Source of the DNA: Candidatus Omnitrophota bacterium
GTDB taxonomy: Bacteria > Omnitrophota > Gorgyraeia > Zapsychrales > JAKLDJ01
Reading direction: 5' to 3'
NCBI GenBank assembly: GCA_022703585.1
Contig: JAKLDJ010000002.1
Span: 155,413-219,412 of the forward strand
Length of the DNA stretch: 64,000 nucleotides
This document shows positions 59,380-64,000 of this stretch, in pieces. The stretch's first letter is position 1. Every line of letters begins with the position of its first letter. The notes under the pieces were generated by a model that saw only the letters and a program-made list of their open reading frames with translations, did not search any database and had not been told where the DNA came from. The position numbers and the translations under genes are program-made.

Positions 59380-60906
59380 TCACTCCTTTAAGAAAGGTTT
59401 TTTGCCTAAACCAGCCGGCTCTAAGTTAAAGATAAGCGTCTTATGCCGCGTCATCTCTTCAATGCTGTATCCTATGCCTTCCCGGCCGATACCGGAATCG
59501 CGAATTCCTCCGAACGGAAAATACCCTACCCCGTGCCGCGGCAAGTCGTTGACGGTAACACCGCCAACCTGAAGCTGTTTGGCTAATTTCCAGATACGAT
59601 AAAAATTATTCGTAAAGATACAGGAATCGAGCCCAAAACGCGGCCGCGAGGCCGTCTTAAGCGCTTCAGCTTCATCCTTGATGCGGATAACCGTAACCAC
59701 CGGGCCAAAGGTTTCTTCGCAGGCAATTCTAGCATCAAGCGGAACTTGGTCTAAAAGTGTCGGCTCGACATAGCAATCCTTAACCGACCCGCCATACAAT
59801 AATCTCGCCCCCTTAGCCTTAGCATCATCAATAAGCACCTTTATCTGTTGGGCTGCCTGCCGGCTGATGACGGGACCGACCTTAGTTTTTGCATCCGCAG
59901 GATTCCCTAAGGGCCAGCGCTCCATTTCTCCGTGCATTTTCTTGATTAACAGTTCAGCTATCGAATCGACCACCAAAATAGCACTAATGGCATCACAGCG
60001 CTGCCCGGCATTCTTCAAAGAACCTTCCACGCACTTTTTTGCTGCCAAATCAAGATCGGCATCATCTAAAACAATCGCCACTCCCTTGCCGCCTAATTCC
60101 AAGTGAAGTTTCTTAAGCCCGGCGATACCGGCGATATGCTTACCCACCTGAGTCGAGCCGGTAAAACTGATCATGTCGATACGCGGGTCGCTGACGATTG
60201 CATCCCCCACCTCGCTTGATCCGGTAATAATATTCACAACCCCTTTAGGAAATCCGGCTTCTTCCAAAAGACGCACAAAACACAACAGCGTCAAAGGCAC
60301 AGCACTCGCAGGTTTAATAACCATGCTATTTCCCGCTAAAAGCGCCGGAATAATCTTTGCCGCAGGAATATAGAGCGGATAATTAAAAGAAGTAATTGCC
60401 GCCACCACGCCCACAGGTTCGTGAATAACCACGGCGATCTTTCCCGACGTGTCATTCGACCAGTCGCCGGGAATATATTCACCCGTGATCTTTTTAACCT
60501 CCTGCATCGTCATGCGCAGGCGTTCTTTGACGGCTGAAATTTCTCCCGCAGCTTCATGATGAGGCTTGCCGGCCTCAAGCAAAAGCAACTCACGAAATAA
60601 CTCCTCGTTTTTCTCAAGTAAGGCCAGGACACGGTTAAAGATCGTGATCCTGTCAATGGCCGGAATTTCCCGGATACTGGATTTAGCTGCCTCAGCGCAG
60701 AAAATAGCCTCCTTCACTTCGGCCACGGAGGCCTTAGGAACCCGGGCGATGGCTTGACCATCCACCGGGCTTATAACGGGAAAATACCCGCCGCTGGACT
60801 CAACCCACCGGCCATCGATCAAATTCCGCGCCTGCCATACCCCGTCGGTACCTGTCTTCATAACCGCATCGAATAAAGGAGAAATCATTTTTTGCGTGAT
60901 CGCCAT
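59380..60906 (-). CDS. Aldehyde dehydrogenase, GapN-like (non-phosphorylating NADP-dependent glyceraldehyde-3-phosphate dehydrogenase family)
   Basis: 508 aa; ITSFNYP, FTGSTQVG, LELGGK, EETFGPV and FPFGG motifs, closest in pattern to GapN. Confidence 0.7.
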   Translation of the reverse strand: MAITQKMISPLFDAVMKTGTDGVWQARNLIDGRWVESSGGYFPVISPVDGQAIARVPKASVAEVKEAIFCAEAAKSSIREIPAIDRITIFNRVLALLEKNEELFRELLLLEAGKPHHEAAGEISAVKERLRMTMQEVKKITGEYIPGDWSNDTSGKIAVVIHEPVGVVAAITSFNYPLYIPAAKIIPALLAGNSMVIKPASAVPLTLLCFVRLLEEAGFPKGVVNIITGSSEVGDAIVSDPRIDMISFTGSTQVGKHIAGIAGLKKLHLELGGKGVAIVLDDADLDLAAKKCVEGSLKNAGQRCDAISAILVVDSIAELLIKKMHGEMERWPLGNPADAKTKVGPVISRQAAQQIKVLIDDAKAKGARLLYGGSVKDCYVEPTLLDQVPLDARIACEETFGPVVTVIRIKDEAEALKTASRPRFGLDSCIFTNNFYRIWKLAKQLQVGGVTVNDLPRHGVGYFPFGGIRDSGIGREGIGYSIEEMTRHKTLIFNLEPAGLGKKPFLKE

Positions 60907-60959
60907 AAAACCTCCTGCATATTGCCCAAATGAGAATTTGTTTTAGTGCTCCCAACCCG

Positions 60960-61904
60960 TTAAGGCGTAGGGCTTGGCGCTAACATCTTGTCCGAAGAAG
61001 ATACGACAGGCAAACGTATCTTCTGGCCCGTGTAGATTTTTGAGTCACTTAGCCCGTTTAATCGCATCAATTCTGCAACCAAAGTGCGCGATCTTTTCGC
61101 AATGCCAAAAAGGGTATCACCTGACTGAACAATATAAACCTTGGCGGAATTGTTTTCCTTTAAAGAATCATCCGATTGTTTGAGCCCGGGTGGCGGAACA
61201 TTGCGAATCAATTTAGCACCTAAAGACTTTTTAAGATAACGGGCATAGCTTGTTTTTCTTAAAAGCGGCTTAACCGCGTTAATGGGCACGGCAAAATTAA
61301 GATTTTGCCCTTTAGGGTGGCTGGCGACCGTAACCCCAACCACTTCGCCTGCCAGATTAAACAACGGACCTCCACTGCTACCCGGCGATAGCGGTACGCT
61401 GATCTGTAAAAGCCCAACACCTTTTGAGGTATTACGCAACGAACTGATCAATCCGTCGCTAACCGTCTCTGCAAGACCCAGGGGATTACCAATCGTCACC
61501 ACCCGCTGGCCCACCTTAACCGAATCGCTGTCGCCTAATTTAACCGTGGATAGATTTTTCCCGCTGATCTTAATCAGGGCAATGTCATTAATCGTATCAA
61601 TGGCAACAATTTTTACCTTAAGATAGCCGGTGTTATTCTTTAATTTAATCACAATCCTTTTCGCCTTATCCAAAAGATGGTAATTCGTTACAATAAATCC
61701 ATCGGGTGTAATGACAAAGCCCGTTCCGGCTCTACTGTTCTTTCCGGATCGGTCAGCCGCCCCTATCAAAACAACCGCATCGGCATTTTGGGAAAAAAGA
61801 TTGGAGATTGCCCGGTCGTCCGTCTGGGCGAGCCCCGGCGCGGCGCTGCCAAGCAGCGCCGCGCCAAAACTCATAAGAATAAAAACTTTAATAAGTCGAT
61901 CCAT
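60960..61904 (-). CDS. Secreted trypsin-like serine protease (S1C/DegP-like, no PDZ) with C-terminal LysM domain; start taken at internal MDRLIK
   Basis: Signal peptide MDRLIKVFILMSFGAALLGSAAPGLA; GNPLG and GSSGGPL catalytic motifs; LysM YIVQSGDTLFGIA. The longer ORF to 62042 would overlap the next gene. Confidence 0.75.
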   Translation of the reverse strand: MDRLIKVFILMSFGAALLGSAAPGLAQTDDRAISNLFSQNADAVVLIGAADRSGKNSRAGTGFVITPDGFIVTNYHLLDKAKRIVIKLKNNTGYLKVKIVAIDTINDIALIKISGKNLSTVKLGDSDSVKVGQRVVTIGNPLGLAETVSDGLISSLRNTSKGVGLLQISVPLSPGSSGGPLFNLAGEVVGVTVASHPKGQNLNFAVPINAVKPLLRKTSYARYLKKSLGAKLIRNVPPPGLKQSDDSLKENNSAKVYIVQSGDTLFGIAKRSRTLVAELMRLNGLSDSKIYTGQKIRLPVVSSSDKMLAPSPTP

Positions 61905-61926
61905 GGGTTGTTTAGTCTTATTTATT

Positions 61927-62532
61927 CTAAGCCAAAGTCCTGCCGGCGGATTGCGCGAGAGAGATTTGTCTTTGATTAAGCTTCTGTTGTTCGCTCTGAT
62001 TGACCATACCGAAATAAATATTTTTAACAACCTTGGCTCCAAACGTTTCCGCGGACACTTTAAGTATCGTTAAAGCGCTGGGCATTAAGAATCTGCCCAC
62101 GATCGCAGGACAAGCGCTGGAGGTAACCACAATCGCTCTTTTGTCCGGACTTTTCTTAACCCTTGGTTTGGGCGCGGCCTGTTCCCAGGGCCAATAAGCA
62201 TAGACAATAAGCCGTTCGACAAAACGTTTCATGAGAGCAGTGATAGTGTAAAAGTTTATGGGAGAAGCCAGAATAACCCCGTCGGCTGCATCAATCTTGT
62301 CCAATAATTCCCCCATATCGTCTTTTATGATGCAGGCAGCACGTTTGGCGGCCAAATTTTCCTTGCAGCAACTGCGGCAATTGGTGCAAAATTCAATATG
62401 CTTATCCAAAAGATACACTTTTTCTATTTGGGCACCTTTTTCCCGCGCGCCTTCTAAAACCGCATCCGCAATCTGCTCGGTAATACCATTTTTTCTGTAA
62501 CTGCCGATAATGGCGATGATTTTCTTTGTCAT
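61927..62532 (-). CDS. Flavodoxin-fold NAD(P)H-dependent FMN reductase / iron-sulfur flavoprotein-like
   Basis: 201 aa; IAIIGSYRKNG and CTNCRSCC cysteine cluster. Confidence 0.7.
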   Translation of the reverse strand: MTKKIIAIIGSYRKNGITEQIADAVLEGAREKGAQIEKVYLLDKHIEFCTNCRSCCKENLAAKRAACIIKDDMGELLDKIDAADGVILASPINFYTITALMKRFVERLIVYAYWPWEQAAPKPRVKKSPDKRAIVVTSSACPAIVGRFLMPSALTILKVSAETFGAKVVKNIYFGMVNQSEQQKLNQRQISLAQSAGRTLA

Positions 62533-62586
62533 TGGATAATCCTCATTTTAAAAGTGAATCAGATCTTACATCCGGGAACTTTTCTG

Positions 62587-62748
62587 TCAATAACGACTCA
62601 GCATATGCTTAAAAACAACTTCTGCCAGAAGCTTGTAGGTAAAGACGATAAACGCCAAGGCGATAATAGTAACGACTACGCCGACCCAGAACAGAACCTG
62701 GTCTCTTGCATTTTCCCGCTTAAACATCCAGAAAAGGGCTTTACGCAT
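62587..62748 (-). CDS. Possible small single-TM protein (53 aa), not in the ORF track
   Basis: MRKALFWMFKRENARDQVLFWVGVVVTIIALAFIVFTYKLL...; lies between the nrdJ terminator and the flavoprotein gene; no clear SD. Confidence 0.3.
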   Translation of the reverse strand: MRKALFWMFKRENARDQVLFWVGVVVTIIALAFIVFTYKLLAEVVFKHMLSRY

Positions 62749-62764
62749 ATGATTTTTATTTTTC

Positions 62765-62805
62765 GAGAAATTGAAAAGGGCCCCGCCGAAATCCGGCGGG
62801 GCCCC
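62765..62805 (-). terminator. Rho-independent terminator of the ribonucleotide reductase gene
   Basis: gggccccgccg-gattt-cggcggggccc followed by TTTTCAATTTCTC on the minus strand. Confidence 0.8.
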
Positions 62806-62835
62806 TCCTATACATTCTACGCTATACGCTCACTG

Positions 62836-64000
62836 CTAGCATTTGGAAAACCCGCACCCGTAACACTTTAAGCACCCTTCCTCGTGATGTAAGGGGCTGC
62901 CGCAATCAGGGCACACGCCAACCATATTGGCTTTAACATTGTGTTTTTCGGATGGCTTTAATTCGTTAGTAATCGCAACCGCTGCCATCGGCGCTCTTTG
63001 CACAACCGCCTGTTTTTCGGCGAGCCTCTTTTCCAAAACCCGTGATATGGCATCCGCACAGGAAAATATTCTCGTCCCCTTGTCCCATGACGGGGCCGGG
63101 CAACGAATACCGCGCAACTGCTCAATAATCGTCTTTTTATCGACCCCCGAGCGAAGTGCCAGGGAGGCCAACCGGCCTATTGCTTCCAGCTGGCTGGCTG
63201 CGCAACCGCCCGCCTTGCCCATTTGCATAAATACCTCAAAAGGCTTTTCGTCTTCGTCATCGTTAATCGTAATATACAAATTTCCGCAGCCGGTCAGCAC
63301 CTTAGAGGTTGTTCCGTGCGTTACCTCCGGCCTAGGCCGGGGCTCAATCTTGCCGGTAGCATTGACATTGATTTCTGCCGAAGCAGGCTGTTGTTTGATG
63401 CCTTCCTCGCACTTGGGAGTACATGCCACCTGCCCTTGGGTAATCGCCTCCGCCTTAGCAACAAGGGCTTCGTCTTTCTTAAGCGTTTCGGCGTCCTTTT
63501 TCTCGGGCATCTGGGTATCTTCTTTCTTGGTGATGTTTAAAACCTGCTCGTCACGGCTTCCGTCGCGGTAAACCGTTATCCCTTTGCAATTAAGTTCGTA
63601 CGCCAAAACATAAGCCTTCCTGACGTCTTCTTCGCTGGCAGAATGAGAGAAATTAATCGTCTTGGAAACGGCATTGTCGGTATATTTCTGAAACTCCGCC
63701 TGCATCTTGATATGCCACTCCGGAGTAATCTCGTGCGCTGTAACAAAAGCCCTCTTCACGTCATCCGGCACCTCGGCAATATGCTGGATAGAACCTTCTT
63801 CGGCAATTTGACGCATCAGTTTATCGCTGTAGAATCCCCGTTCTTGGGCCACCGTCTCAAAGACCGGATCTATCTCAACCAGCTTAGTTTTATCCATAAC
63901 ATTACGGTAATAACAAATGGCAAAAATCGGTTCGATGCCCGAGGAACAAGGCCCGCCGATAATGCTGATAGTTCCTGTAGGTGCAATCGTTGTCAGTGTG
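62836..64000 (-). CDS. nrdJ: Ribonucleotide reductase, class II (adenosylcobalamin-dependent, NrdJ-like), 5'-truncated by window end
   Basis: Frame stays open to 64000 (TLTTIAPTGTISIIGGPCSSGIEPIF, the RNR active-site loop); C-terminal zinc ribbon CPDCG...CLKCYGCGFSKC. Confidence 0.8.
   Translation of the reverse strand, partial: TLTTIAPTGTISIIGGPCSSGIEPIFAICYYRNVMDKTKLVEIDPVFETVAQERGFYSDKLMRQIAEEGSIQHIAEVPDDVKRAFVTAHEITPEWHIKMQAEFQKYTDNAVSKTINFSHSASEEDVRKAYVLAYELNCKGITVYRDGSRDEQVLNITKKEDTQMPEKKDAETLKKDEALVAKAEAITQGQVACTPKCEEGIKQQPASAEINVNATGKIEPRPRPEVTHGTTSKVLTGCGNLYITINDDEDEKPFEVFMQMGKAGGCAASQLEAIGRLASLALRSGVDKKTIIEQLRGIRCPAPSWDKGTRIFSCADAISRVLEKRLAEKQAVVQRAPMAAVAITNELKPSEKHNVKANMVGVCPDCGSPLHHEEGCLKCYGCGFSKC

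Noticed and set aside
60960-62042. Long 360 aa form of the protease ORF
   Set aside because: The upstream 46 codons would overlap the flavoprotein gene by >100 nt. The internal MDRLIK start gives a canonical signal peptide and a 22 bp intergenic gap, so the shorter form was used.
62927-63571. 214 aa plus-strand ORF
   Set aside because: Antisense to the class II ribonucleotide reductase gene, which carries unmistakable RNR motifs.
1-64000. CRISPR arrays, IS elements, integrated prophage
   Set aside because: No direct-repeat/spacer periodicity of 25-40 nt. No transposase, phage integrase (only the chromosomal XerC-type recombinase), capsid or terminase-like ORFs found.

Overview
This is a compact bacterial chromosomal window of about 57 protein genes, three tRNAs and no rRNA, CRISPR array or transposase. 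Apart from a divergent Gfo/Idh/MocA-lpxB pair at 32.0-34.1 kb, every gene is on the minus strand, with many 4-8 nt stop/start overlaps. Content, in window order: a lipid A/LPS core cluster containing two unusual fusion enzymes (GT4-GT9 and LpxL-ELM1/DUF1022), lpxK, waaA; xerC-topA-dprA; aroK, pilD, aroE; leuA, a methyltransferase-like gene, ilvC; fba, pfkA, ahcY, metK; a regulatory PTS set (ptsI, ptsH, yvcK, ptsN); tRNA-Lys/Leu/Gly; frr-pyrH-tsf-rpsB; msbA-like exporter; Gfo/Idh/MocA oxidoreductase plus lpxB; then an accessory-looking half (34-62 kb) of envelope and periplasmic genes, and finally a 5'-truncated class II RNR. The accessory half includes a YfhO-like/GT2/methyltransferase/GT-C-like glycosylation cluster, AsmA, YajQ, a secreted Memo-AMMECR1 fusion, a MauE/MauD-like disulfide pair, lipoproteins, ferritin-like-VIT1, GapN-like ALDH and a DegP/LysM protease. 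The most unusual sequence-level finding is a roughly 100-120 bp multi-hairpin intergenic element present in two copies (18.27-18.39 kb and 29.87-29.96 kb, opposite orientations) with compensatory base changes in its main stem. Next to the second copy is a G-tract degenerate tandem repeat. All functional calls are inferred from motif recognition in the translated ORFs; no database search was run.
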